Below are positions 28,092 through 37,879 of a DNA stretch of 64,000 bases, piece by piece; the stretch's first letter is position 1, and each line of letters opens with the position of its first letter. A model generated the notes under the pieces. It was not told where the DNA came from, searched no databases, and saw only the letters and a list, made by a program, of their open reading frames with translations. A program made the position numbers and the translations under genes. Source of the stretch: an uncultured bacterium (GTDB lineage Bacteria > Omnitrophota > Gorgyraeia > Zapsychrales > Aceulaceae); NCBI GenBank assembly GCA_937930175.1, contig CALGLP010000013.1, positions 75,764 through 139,763 on the forward strand, read 5' to 3'.

Positions 28092-31000
28092 ATGTATCTT
28101 AAGCGACTCGAAATCTTTGGTTTTAAATCATTTGCTGACAAGACAGTTCTTAATTTTGAACCTGGGATCACCGCCGTCGTCGGACCTAATGGATGCGGCA
28201 AAAGTAATATTTTTGACGCGATTCGCTGGGTTTTAGGCGAACAAAGCATTAAAGAACTAAGAGGCGCTGCCAAAGAGGATGTTATTTTTAATGGAACAAA
28301 CCAACGTCAGGCTCTCAATTTTGCTGAGGTAAGTCTTACCTTTTCGAATGAAAACAAAGTTTTTCCTGTGGATTATGAAGAAGTGACGGTTGCGCGTCGA
28401 TTGTTTCGATCAGGGGAAAGTGAATATTTGCTCAACAAAACGCCTGTCCGGCTAAAAGATATTTTGGAGTTGTTGATGGGGACAGGCATTGGCGCTGAGG
28501 CGTATTCGTTGGTTCAGCAGGGACGCGTGGATTTGATCGTGAGCGCTCGACCTGAAGATCGCCGTGTCCTTTTTGATGAAGCTGCCGGCATCACGAAATA
28601 TAAAGCGAAAAAACGCGAAGCGTTAAATAAGCTCGCGGACACAGAAAACAATTTATTACGTAGCAACGATATTATTGTTGAGGTCAAGCGTCAAATCGCC
28701 TCGATCGAACGCCAAGCCAAAAAGGCGCAGAAATTTAAAGAAGAGCATGAGCGCTTAAAAGTTTTAGAATTCTTGGGTGCCCAAAAACAGATTACAGGCT
28801 TTAGCCAAGAACGAGGAGACCTTGAGAGCTCTTTACAAAGTTATCGCGAAGAGGAACGGCTTTTAGCGCAAGAAATCGAGAAGCTTTCTCAGCGTCTTGC
28901 CCAGGAAAATCATCTCTTAAGCGAGCTTGATGAGAAATCCAATGAGTTGCAGCGTGAACATATTAAGCTTGAGAATCAGATTGATATTGAAAACAGGCAA
29001 ATCCATTTCAATGAAGAACGTATTACGCAGATTGACGCGAGTCATTTGCGCTACGAAGAGCAGAGGACGCAGCTTACAGATCGTTGCCGTAGCCAGGAAG
29101 AAAAAGTTTTAGGGCTTAAGGCCTCTTATCAGACCCTCGTGGACCACATTCAAAAGAATACAGAAAGCCTAAACGCGAAGAATGAACTTTTGCACGCGAT
29201 CCAGAAAATAATTCATGAACACAAAGAGGCGATTAAGAAGGAAGAAGAGGAGATCCTTGATCGCACCACCAAGCAGATCCACTATAAAAACGAATTGACC
29301 GAAATCATGAAAAGTTTTCAAGGGGCGTTAGCGCGCAAACGTCGTCTTGATATGGAAAACGATAAGGTTAGTGTTGAAAAAGAAGAGGTGGATCACAGGT
29401 TGCGTAGCATTGCTGAAGATTTTGACCGTTGCGCAGGCCGCATCAACGAGCTTCAGGGGGAAAGAAATATTCAGGAGCAATCCCTGCAACAGCTTAAAGA
29501 GGGCATGGCGACCCTTGATCAAACGATCAGCGATCTCGAAAATCGGACCCTTGGCCTTAAATCCAAGCGTGAGTTTATTGAAGAGATGCGTGTCCAGTAT
29601 GAAGACGGAACTGGCGCGATCGCCCAAGGGGCGCTTATTGTTGCGCATCCTCCGTCAGAAGATATCAAGGGGATGTTTGGTAAGATCACCTCTGTTGAAA
29701 AGCTAGACGAGGTGCGTACCAAGGCGATTTGGGAGCAGATGCCCAATTTCCAAGGCCAGGCATTGTTTGAGGTTAAATGCGAAACTAAGTTTATTGAATT
29801 GGATCCAGAACAAATTACCGCCAAGATCAATGAGTTGACTGCAGAGATTAGTCGACACCTCGAGGAGAAAAAAGCAGTTGTTCTTCAGATTACCGAATCT
29901 GAGAATCAAGTCAGCCGCATCAATGTCTCTGTGCATGAGCAGGAGCGTGAACTTTCTAAGCATGAGGCGCACAAAAATAATATTTTGCAGGAAGCGAGCA
30001 AGCTTTTTGAAGAATTAACTGTAATCACCCAAGAACTGGATGAGACCAAGACCCTGTTGACAGATCTTAAGGCCCGTGAAGATTTCCTTAATCAAGAGTT
30101 GAGCGGTGTCAATCAAGAGGTTGAGTCTTTTCAGGGCAAGATTCGCGCGCGTCAAGAGGATATTGTGATCAAGTCCCAAGAGCGGGAAGTGATCTTGCTT
30201 GAAATCACGCAGCTTGAAACCGAGATTACAGGTTTCCGCGGGCAAGAGCAATCGTTTCAAGATGATCTCAAGATGTTTGAGGAGGCCTTGGCTCAAAGCG
30301 TTGAAGAATTGCGGCGCTTAGAAGAGGATGATCAGAACGGTCAAGTCAAGAAACGCGAGTTTTTGGCATCGATTGAAAGTTTAAAGCTTCGGATCGAAGA
30401 GGTCGCTGTTAAAAAACAAGCCTTACAAGATGCCTTGAAAGGTTATGCCGAGCAAAAAGAAGATATTTTCAAACGTATTGCGGATGTGCGCGCAAAGATC
30501 AAGCAAGGCGACGAGAGCTTGGAAGAAATTCGTGGTAATGTGCACACGCGTGAACTTAAGCGTCAGGAAATTTCTTTTGCCGAGCAAAGTTTAAAAGACC
30601 GCTTAACCCAGACGTACAGGATTGATTTTGATGAAATTGTTCATTATCGCGAACCAGAAGGTGTTTTGGAAAATCTTGTGGTCCCCGAGTCTGTGGGGAA
30701 CAATATTGATAGTGAACAAATCGTTCTTGAGCAAAAACATCAAGATGAGGTCAAGGGTTTTGTTGCGCGCATGAATACGATGAAAGCAGAGCTTAATTTT
30801 GAAACCTTAGATCAAGAGATTGAACGTTTACGCAAACATTGCGAATCTTTTGGCACGGTCAATCTGGTGGCGATTGAAGAGTATGAAGAGCTGAGAGGGC
30901 GCTTTGAATTCTTAACAAAGCAGCAAAGTGATTTGATCGAGGCCAAAGATGCCCTGATGCAGACCATCAATAAGATCAACAAAACTACCCGGCAGCTTTT

Positions 31001-31490
31001 TGTCGACACCTTTACAAAGGTGAGCGAAGAGTTTCGCATTTATTTTCGCATGCTCTTTGGTGGAGGCGAGGCTGATCTTATTCTCGTTGATCCGGAAAAT
31101 GTTTTGGAGTCTGGGGTGGACATCATCGCGCGGCCCCCAGGCAAGAAATTGCAGAATATTACGCTTCTCTCTGGTGGCGAAAAGACTATGGCTGCGATCG
31201 CGCTTATCTTCGCGGTGTTTAAGGTCAGGCCAAGTCCATTTTGTGTTTTGGATGAAATTGATGCAGCCCTTGACGAGTCTAACGTCGGGCGATATAGTTA
31301 TTTGTTGCAGGAATTTTCCAAGATCGCTCAATTTATTGTGATCACGCACAATAAAAAGACGATCTCCGCGGCCAATGTGATGTATGGTATCACGATGCAA
31401 GAGCGCGGGGTCTCCAAGATCGTTTCGGTCAAGCTTTCCGACGATGAGAAAGAGGCGCCGAAGCCGATCGAAGTGCCGGTGGCGGTTTAG
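28092..31490 (+). CDS. smc: chromosome segregation protein SMC
   Basis: 1132 aa. N-terminal Walker A GPNGCGKSN, long coiled coils, hinge, C-terminal LSGGEKTMAAIALIFAVF and DE. Confidence 0.95.
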   Translation: MYLKRLEIFGFKSFADKTVLNFEPGITAVVGPNGCGKSNIFDAIRWVLGEQSIKELRGAAKEDVIFNGTNQRQALNFAEVSLTFSNENKVFPVDYEEVTVARRLFRSGESEYLLNKTPVRLKDILELLMGTGIGAEAYSLVQQGRVDLIVSARPEDRRVLFDEAAGITKYKAKKREALNKLADTENNLLRSNDIIVEVKRQIASIERQAKKAQKFKEEHERLKVLEFLGAQKQITGFSQERGDLESSLQSYREEERLLAQEIEKLSQRLAQENHLLSELDEKSNELQREHIKLENQIDIENRQIHFNEERITQIDASHLRYEEQRTQLTDRCRSQEEKVLGLKASYQTLVDHIQKNTESLNAKNELLHAIQKIIHEHKEAIKKEEEEILDRTTKQIHYKNELTEIMKSFQGALARKRRLDMENDKVSVEKEEVDHRLRSIAEDFDRCAGRINELQGERNIQEQSLQQLKEGMATLDQTISDLENRTLGLKSKREFIEEMRVQYEDGTGAIAQGALIVAHPPSEDIKGMFGKITSVEKLDEVRTKAIWEQMPNFQGQALFEVKCETKFIELDPEQITAKINELTAEISRHLEEKKAVVLQITESENQVSRINVSVHEQERELSKHEAHKNNILQEASKLFEELTVITQELDETKTLLTDLKAREDFLNQELSGVNQEVESFQGKIRARQEDIVIKSQEREVILLEITQLETEITGFRGQEQSFQDDLKMFEEALAQSVEELRRLEEDDQNGQVKKREFLASIESLKLRIEEVAVKKQALQDALKGYAEQKEDIFKRIADVRAKIKQGDESLEEIRGNVHTRELKRQEISFAEQSLKDRLTQTYRIDFDEIVHYREPEGVLENLVVPESVGNNIDSEQIVLEQKHQDEVKGFVARMNTMKAELNFETLDQEIERLRKHCESFGTVNLVAIEEYEELRGRFEFLTKQQSDLIEAKDALMQTINKINKTTRQLFVDTFTKVSEEFRIYFRMLFGGGEADLILVDPENVLESGVDIIARPPGKKLQNITLLSGGEKTMAAIALIFAVFKVRPSPFCVLDEIDAALDESNVGRYSYLLQEFSKIAQFIVITHNKKTISAANVMYGITMQERGVSKIVSVKLSDDEKEAPKPIEVPVAV

Positions 31491-31552
31491 CGAAATTGTT
31501 TTTGCTACAATGGAAATTTAAGTTTTAATACCCTCAAGGTAAGGAGCCTGTT

Positions 31553-31903
31553 ATGGAAAAAAGACGATTTTTGCGATTTGATCTTCCGGGCCGCGCGGAT
31601 CTTGTTTTTGGAAATTCGTCACAAGAGCATCTGACAGCACGGACACAAAACTTTTCACGTGACGGGATATCCTTTGAAGCCGAGGCTGACAGCATTCCAG
31701 ATGACGAGACTGTGCATATGGACATCGCGCCAGCTTGGGACACGTCAAAAAAAGTTTCGCTTGATGGTCATGTGGCATGGCGTCGTATGGAAGGGAATCG
31801 GTGCCATTTTGGTATCTTGATCCAGGGAATGGATGCGGCTGAAAAAAGTGATTTGTTAGACCAGAGTTATTCGTTTTGGCAGACAGTTTTACACGCGCGA
31901 TAA
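31553..31903 (+). CDS. PilZ-domain protein (c-di-GMP receptor type)
   Basis: RRFLR (RxxxR) and NFSRDG (D/NxSxxG) motifs. Immediately upstream of pilB. Confidence 0.7.
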   Translation: MEKRRFLRFDLPGRADLVFGNSSQEHLTARTQNFSRDGISFEAEADSIPDDETVHMDIAPAWDTSKKVSLDGHVAWRRMEGNRCHFGILIQGMDAAEKSDLLDQSYSFWQTVLHAR

Positions 31904-31904
31904 T

Positions 31905-33602
31905 ATGCCCTCATCAGAAATTAAACGCATTGGCGATTTGCTTGTGGAGAAAGGGTTGATCACCTCAGATCAGCTTAGCCACGCGTTGACGGATCAGAAA
32001 AAGAGCGACAAGAAGTTAGGCGAGATTTTGATCCACAAGGGATATGTCCGCGCCCCTGACTTGGTCCGTATGTTGGCTGAACAATTTCACTTGCCCTTTG
32101 TTACCCTCAAAAATGAACCCATCGATGATAAAGCGATTGCGGCGATCCCTCCTCTCAAAGCCCAGGAGTGGCATATTTTTCCTTTTCGTTTGCAGGAGGG
32201 GGTTCTGACCGTCGCTGTTGTGAATCCTCTGGATGTCGCGCTTTTTCAAGAATTGCGTTATTTGACCGGGTTTAAAATTAATCCTGTTGTTGCCTGTTCG
32301 GAAGATATTGATAATTTTATTTCACGGTATTTTGGCGCAAGCCATAACATCGAGGAAGCGGTTCTGGATGCCGATAACGAGACGCTTGCCAAGGATGGCG
32401 CGCATCAAGCCGCGAGTGATGGCGATGTTGATCAGGCTCCGGTTGTGCAGCTTGCGCGAACTGTGATCCAGGACGCGATCAAGCTCCATGCGTCTGATAT
32501 CCACATGGAACCCCAGAAAAAAGATTTGCGCGTGCGCTATCGCGTGGATGGTGTATTAAAGGAAGTCTTGCGCGTTCCCAAGAAAATCCAGACGACCTTG
32601 ACCTCCCGCATCAAGATCATTAGCGGCATGGATATCGCCGAAAGCCGCAAGCCTCAGGATGGCCGCCTTCAAGTGGAGCTCAATAAAAAGAAATATGACT
32701 TGCGCGTTTCAACCCTCCCAGATGCCTTTGGAGAAAAAATCGTTTTGCGTATTTTGGATAAAGAAAATGTCAATTTGAGTCTGGAATCGATCGGCCTTGA
32801 GGAGAGAAATCTTTTATTCTTGCGTCAGATTATTAAAACACCGTATGGCATTATTCTTGTTACAGGTCCCACAGGAAGCGGCAAGAGTACGTCGCTCTAT
32901 TGCATGCTAGGTGAGATCAACGACGAGAGCCGCAATATCGTAACCTTAGAAGATCCCATTGAATATGAGATTGACGGCATCAACCAGACCGCGATCAATG
33001 TTTTAGCAGGGTATACCTTTGCTAAAGGCATGCGCCATATTTTGCGTCAAGACCCAGATGTCATCATGGTTGGAGAAGTCCGTGACGTGGAAACCGCGGA
33101 GATCGCGGTGCAAGCCGCGCTGACAGGGCATTTGGTGCTGTCCACATTGCACACCAATAATGCGGCTGGCGCTGTGATGCGATTGCTGGACATGGAAGTA
33201 GAACCATTTCTTATTAGCTCGTCAATCGTGGCGGTCATCGCACAGCGCTTGGTGCGTCGTTTATGTCCCCACTGCAAGAAGCCCGCCGCATTATCAGATA
33301 ATTTAAAGAAAATGGTGGAAGGTTATTTTCCAGGGCTAGCGCAAAAAACATTTTTGGCTGCGGTGGGATGTGAAAAATGCAATCATATTGGTTACAGCGG
33401 ACGAACAGGTATTTTTGAAATTATGCAAGTCACTCCTGAGGTCAAAGATATGATCTTACGAAAGCCCACGGAGCAAGAAGTAGAAGCCCTGGCCATGAGC
33501 CAGGGGATGCAAACCTTACAACAGAGTGCAATGGATAAGGCGATTGCGGGAGAAACATCTCTCGAGGAAGTCGCGCGTGTCACCTTTGTCAAGAGGATTT
33601 AA
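31905..33602 (+). CDS. pilB: type IV pilus assembly ATPase (GspE/PilB family)
   Basis: N-terminal GSPII_E N-domain, Walker A GPTGSGKST, tetracysteine CPHC...CEKC, Asp/His boxes. Confidence 0.9.
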   Translation: MPSSEIKRIGDLLVEKGLITSDQLSHALTDQKKSDKKLGEILIHKGYVRAPDLVRMLAEQFHLPFVTLKNEPIDDKAIAAIPPLKAQEWHIFPFRLQEGVLTVAVVNPLDVALFQELRYLTGFKINPVVACSEDIDNFISRYFGASHNIEEAVLDADNETLAKDGAHQAASDGDVDQAPVVQLARTVIQDAIKLHASDIHMEPQKKDLRVRYRVDGVLKEVLRVPKKIQTTLTSRIKIISGMDIAESRKPQDGRLQVELNKKKYDLRVSTLPDAFGEKIVLRILDKENVNLSLESIGLEERNLLFLRQIIKTPYGIILVTGPTGSGKSTSLYCMLGEINDESRNIVTLEDPIEYEIDGINQTAINVLAGYTFAKGMRHILRQDPDVIMVGEVRDVETAEIAVQAALTGHLVLSTLHTNNAAGAVMRLLDMEVEPFLISSSIVAVIAQRLVRRLCPHCKKPAALSDNLKKMVEGYFPGLAQKTFLAAVGCEKCNHIGYSGRTGIFEIMQVTPEVKDMILRKPTEQEVEALAMSQGMQTLQQSAMDKAIAGETSLEEVARVTFVKRI

Positions 33603-33605
33603 ACG

Positions 33606-34805
33606 ATGAAACAATTTATTTATAAGGCCAAGGATATGACGGGCAAGGTGTTGACCGGCGCTGTGGAGGCGCCTGATCGACGCAGTGCCATGGCCACGAT
33701 CAGTAGCAAAGATTGTTATGTTTTGCGCATGGCCGAGGTCCATGCCGGGCGAGATCTATTCCGCAATCCTGTGACGACAGATACGCTTTTGGCTTTTACA
33801 CGTAAGGTGAGGGTGATGCTGCAGTCGGGTATTGATATGCTCACCGTTTTAAAGATTGCTTGGAGCCAGACGGAAGATCGCGCCATGCAGCTTGTCATTA
33901 GCGAATTGCGGGCCTTGCTCTCCAAGGGTATTCCGTTTGCCAGTGCGCTTAAGCGCTTTCCTTTTGTTTTTCCTGAAATTTATATCAGCTTGATTGCCGT
34001 CGGAGAGCGTGGTGGCGTCTTGACCTTTGCGCTTGATAAAATCATGGATCAACTCATTCGTCAAAAAGAAACCGCGCAGAAAATAAAAAAGGCTTTGATG
34101 TACCCTGTCATTGTTTTGGTTTTTGCCCTGCTCGTCGTCATCGGCATGTTGGTGTTTTTTATTCCGATGTTTGAGCAAATTTTTAAAAAGATGCGCATTG
34201 AAATGCCTTTCATCACCCAGTGCCTGGTGAACACCTCACATTTTTTTATTAAAAGTTGGTGGATATTGTTAATGATTTGCTTTATGATATTTATTGGGAT
34301 CAAGAAAATGCAGCAAACGCGACAAGGTCGCTATTGGCTGGATAAAAATATCTTGAAGATCCCCGTTGTTGGAGAGCTCATTTTTAATATTGCGTTATCT
34401 CGGTTTTTGCATACGTTTTCTGTTCTTTTAGAGAGTGGGGTTTCCCTCATCGATACCATTAATGACGCGACGCGTAGCACCGGCAATGCCTTTTTGCGTG
34501 ATAAGCTTTCCGATGTTCAGGTTTATTTGAACAAAGGTTCTCGATTGCATGACGCGCTTGAGAAAAGTAAACTTTTTCCAGACTTTGCTTTAAGCTTGAT
34601 CGCGATTGGTGAGGAGACTGGGACCTTGGCAAAAAATCTAAAGGTTGTGGCGGACATGGTGGATGAAAATGTTGATAACCAGATTACCAAGGTGACAACG
34701 CTGATCGGTCCGATCTCGATTATGATTGTGGGAACGTTTGTTGGTGTTGTCATGATCGCGATTTATTCACCACTCTTTTCGTTGTGGAGTGGATTAGAAC
34801 GTTAG
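33606..34805 (+). CDS. pilC: type IV pilus inner-membrane platform protein (GspF/PilC family)
   Basis: 399 aa. Two T2SF-type repeats with 3 TM segments. Confidence 0.9.
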   Translation: MKQFIYKAKDMTGKVLTGAVEAPDRRSAMATISSKDCYVLRMAEVHAGRDLFRNPVTTDTLLAFTRKVRVMLQSGIDMLTVLKIAWSQTEDRAMQLVISELRALLSKGIPFASALKRFPFVFPEIYISLIAVGERGGVLTFALDKIMDQLIRQKETAQKIKKALMYPVIVLVFALLVVIGMLVFFIPMFEQIFKKMRIEMPFITQCLVNTSHFFIKSWWILLMICFMIFIGIKKMQQTRQGRYWLDKNILKIPVVGELIFNIALSRFLHTFSVLLESGVSLIDTINDATRSTGNAFLRDKLSDVQVYLNKGSRLHDALEKSKLFPDFALSLIAIGEETGTLAKNLKVVADMVDENVDNQITKVTTLIGPISIMIVGTFVGVVMIAIYSPLFSLWSGLER

Positions 34806-34834
34806 AAGATTATAAAAATAAAGGGAGGAAGAAA

Positions 34835-35230
34835 ATGAAAAGACATGGGTTTACGCTGGTTGAAGTTTTGGTTGTTATGGTGGTTATTGGTATCTTGGTC
34901 GCGCTGATCGTTCCTAATGCCTTGCAGGCGATCCGCATTGCCAACGAGAGAAGTTGTCAGAACAACGTGCGCACGCTTAACTCCGCGATCCAGTTACATT
35001 TTGCTGATACTCGAACATGGCCGGCAGATACAGATGCTCTTTGTCCGTATCTTGATGATTCGGCTTGCTCTGACCCTGGTGTTACTGGGTTTCAGATGCT
35101 ATGTCCCGTAGATGGCGCAACGGAGTATCAATTTGAAACTGGTGATGATGATGACCGTCTTCGATCAGCTATACCATGCACGCACGGGGGTGGCGCAGCT
35201 GGGACTACGACTCCGACTCCGACAACGTAA
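34835..35230 (+). CDS. type IV pilin (prepilin N-terminal methylation motif)
   Basis: MKRHGFTLVEVLVVMVVIGILVALIV class-III signal peptide (G-1, F+1, E+5). AGGGAGG RBS. C-terminal tail GGGAAGTTTPTPTT. Confidence 0.8.
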   Translation: MKRHGFTLVEVLVVMVVIGILVALIVPNALQAIRIANERSCQNNVRTLNSAIQLHFADTRTWPADTDALCPYLDDSACSDPGVTGFQMLCPVDGATEYQFETGDDDDRLRSAIPCTHGGGAAGTTTPTPTT

Positions 35231-35257
35231 TGAAAGGTTAGTAAAACTTTTAAATAT

Positions 35258-36730
35258 ATGCTTTCTATTCTATTAGGTCACAAGGTTATCAAGGTCGCGC
35301 ATTTTAGCCTCAAAGGCAAAAAGATTGCTTTGTTTAAATGTGGCCAGATCAATTTTGACAGCGATCTCTTTGAAGCAGACAGGGTTCAAGAGGCTGCGGA
35401 CAAGCTGAAAGGGTTTCTTGTGGCAAACCGTATCAAGCCTCAGAAAACAGTTTTTTGCTTGTCGCATCATGATATTGTTTCCCGCGAACTTGTTCTTCCT
35501 CTTCTGCCGCGTCATGAGGCCGAGGCGATCATTGTTAACGAAATCGAAAAAGCCCCGCGCTTTGCGAGCAATCCTTATGTCTACACCTATCAACTGCAGG
35601 TGTATCCCTTTGACCACAACACCAAGGTCATTTATTATGTTTTTCAGAAATCACTTTTACAGACAGCGGAAAGTATTTTACGTCGCTCAGGCTGCCAACC
35701 GGTTGCTTTTGATGTCGCACCTCTAAGCATTCTTAATGCCTTTAGGTCGTCTAAGCTTGAGCAGGTTGTGGTTTATGTTGATGATAAGCTTTCTCACTTG
35801 ATGGCGTGTCGTGGCCAGGAATGCCGGGCGAGCTATTTATTTAATACGGGCGCGGAAGATTTGTCCTCAGGTTCAGGTATCGGGAAAGAAGGCGCGTTAC
35901 GCAATTTCTCCCGTGATATCGCGAGCCTGCTTAAGAAATTTTATGATAGCGAGAATACCCATCAACTGCCCGTTGTTTTTGCAGGGGAGTATCCTTTGGG
36001 TGATGATTTCTTTAAGCAGATGACGACTTTGACGAGCCATCAGTGTTCCTCCTTTTCTTTTGATGAGAAGCTTCTCGTTCTTCCTAAAGACATTACGGCG
36101 CTTGATGTAACACGTCGCTACGCACCAGTTGTTGGCGCAATGTTTCGCTTGCAGGGAAAAGGGCATTATTTTAATATTTTTAATATTTGGGATTTTCGAA
36201 CAACACAAGACTTCTTGAAAGGTTTTTGGTTTAAAATTGGTATTTTTGCTTGTTTTTGCGTCTTTGTGGGTGCTATGTTTTTTTTGCCTGGCCTGAAAAA
36301 GATGAATACGCTGGAAGCCAAGCTTAAAACAATCTCGAGTAAAACAAAGGAATTGGAAAGCATTACGAGCGATCTGAAAAATAAGCAAGAGCTTGTGGAG
36401 AGCTTGAGAAATGAGTTATTTAATCAGGCAGAGATCGTCAGCCAGGTTCATTCTAAGTCCTGGAGAGATTTATTCCAATCCTTTAATGACAATCTTCCGG
36501 ATGATCTTTGGCTTGAGAGCATTTCTCACGATCAGCGCGCACGAATCGTTCTTAAAGGTGTTGCCCTTAATTTGGATTCGATCGCGCTGATGATCCAGCG
36601 TTTTAAGGATGATTCGCGCTTTTTAAATGTTAAGCTTGCATCAACGAATGAACGCAAAATACAAAAAGATACATTGTATCAGTTTATTATGGAGTTCACG
36701 TTTTCACAGAAGCCCGTGACCAAGGAATAA
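35258..36730 (+). CDS. PilM-like actin-fold protein fused to a PilN-like TM plus coiled-coil domain
   Basis: 490 aa. N-terminal roughly 330 aa resemble the PilM fold. Then TM helix FWFKIGIFACFCVFVGAMFFL and a coiled coil (LEAKLKTISSKTKELESITSDLKNKQEL). Confidence 0.65.
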   Translation: MLSILLGHKVIKVAHFSLKGKKIALFKCGQINFDSDLFEADRVQEAADKLKGFLVANRIKPQKTVFCLSHHDIVSRELVLPLLPRHEAEAIIVNEIEKAPRFASNPYVYTYQLQVYPFDHNTKVIYYVFQKSLLQTAESILRRSGCQPVAFDVAPLSILNAFRSSKLEQVVVYVDDKLSHLMACRGQECRASYLFNTGAEDLSSGSGIGKEGALRNFSRDIASLLKKFYDSENTHQLPVVFAGEYPLGDDFFKQMTTLTSHQCSSFSFDEKLLVLPKDITALDVTRRYAPVVGAMFRLQGKGHYFNIFNIWDFRTTQDFLKGFWFKIGIFACFCVFVGAMFFLPGLKKMNTLEAKLKTISSKTKELESITSDLKNKQELVESLRNELFNQAEIVSQVHSKSWRDLFQSFNDNLPDDLWLESISHDQRARIVLKGVALNLDSIALMIQRFKDDSRFLNVKLASTNERKIQKDTLYQFIMEFTFSQKPVTKE

Positions 36731-36733
36731 GTT

Positions 36734-37360
36734 ATGTATCATGATAGCAAAATTGTGATTTTATCGAAACCTGTAAGCTCTCAACTTGTGGGAGGAGTCG
36801 TCCTCATTGTTTTCTTGGCTTTAGGATTGGGATTTATGTCTTATAGTGTTTCAGTACGGGCAGAGAAAATTCAAAAGGATATTGTTCGCAAGACTGCTGC
36901 GGTTGAGCGTCTCGAAGAAGACAAGGCGCGTATGCATGTTGATCTTCAGGCTTATGAGGATGCGATTAATGAGTTTAAGCAGATCTTGTTTAAGGAACGG
37001 GATGTATCCTTATTTTTAACGGGTATTTCAGAAATATCCCAAAAGAATAAAGTTGCTGTTTTGGCGATTAAGAATTTAGCTGAGAAGAAGATTGCGATCG
37101 ATACGCCGGCTTCAGGGAAAAAGGGGTTGGATACGTTCCTCGAGGAAAAGAAAATGATCTTTACCATTGCCGTAACGCCCCTTCAAGTTGAAATGGAAGG
37201 AAGGCTTGATGATGTTCTTACGGTTCTTGGGGCCTTGGAGAAGACGCGCCAGCTATTAACGGTCAGTGATTTCAATTTTACAGCCCGAGGGTATCCTAAC
37301 ATGAGGGTTTCATTTAAGATTGATCTTTACGGCTTAGGAGAAAAAAATGTCAAGAAGTAA
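36734..37360 (+). CDS. PilO-like pilus assembly protein
   Basis: N-terminal TM helix, coiled coil, C-terminal alpha/beta domain. Position in the pil operon. Confidence 0.6.
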   Translation: MYHDSKIVILSKPVSSQLVGGVVLIVFLALGLGFMSYSVSVRAEKIQKDIVRKTAAVERLEEDKARMHVDLQAYEDAINEFKQILFKERDVSLFLTGISEISQKNKVAVLAIKNLAEKKIAIDTPASGKKGLDTFLEEKKMIFTIAVTPLQVEMEGRLDDVLTVLGALEKTRQLLTVSDFNFTARGYPNMRVSFKIDLYGLGEKNVKK

Positions 37361-37877
37361 GGACAAGACTATTTCTTACGCCTCTTTTGTCCTTGTTGTC
37401 GTTATGGGATGCGTTCTTTTATTGTGTTCTAGCGGATGTGATAAGCGTGCAAAAAGATCTAAGAAATCTTCTAAGCCTGTTGCCGCTCAAGAGGCACCGG
37501 CGCCTAAAAAGATTCAAGATATTGATTTGGCAAAATCCTTGATGATGCCAATCGTTCAAGATGTGCGCCTTAAGCGTAATTTTTTTAGGCCATTGGTTGG
37601 CCCGGAGTCTCTCGCGGAAGAGTTGGCAAGAACAAATCCGCAAGCGGCTTCAGCCATCCCTGGCTCGATCACGCCTCAAAGTTTGAAATTAACGTTGAAA
37701 GGCGTTGTTATGGGGGAGAATAAAATCGCGTATGTTGCTTCACCGGAAGATGATTTTGTGTTGCGCGTCGGTGACGCTGTATCGACGATGCGGGTGCAAG
37801 AAATTCGTTCGGGAGCAGTTGTCTTTGTACTTGATGATGGCCAAATAAGCATTTTAAGTAATGATAAGGAGGAATAA
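37347..37877 (+). CDS. PilP-like lipoprotein
   Basis: Lipobox LLLC. Proline-rich linker and a C-terminal beta domain (LKLTLKGVVMGE...VVFVLDDGQ). Operon position. Confidence 0.55.
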   Translation: MSRSKDKTISYASFVLVVVMGCVLLLCSSGCDKRAKRSKKSSKPVAAQEAPAPKKIQDIDLAKSLMMPIVQDVRLKRNFFRPLVGPESLAEELARTNPQAASAIPGSITPQSLKLTLKGVVMGENKIAYVASPEDDFVLRVGDAVSTMRVQEIRSGAVVFVLDDGQISILSNDKEE

Positions 37878-37879
37878 GA

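Noticed and set aside
30912-31400. 162-aa minus-strand ORF
   Set aside because: Antisense to the smc C-terminal head domain.
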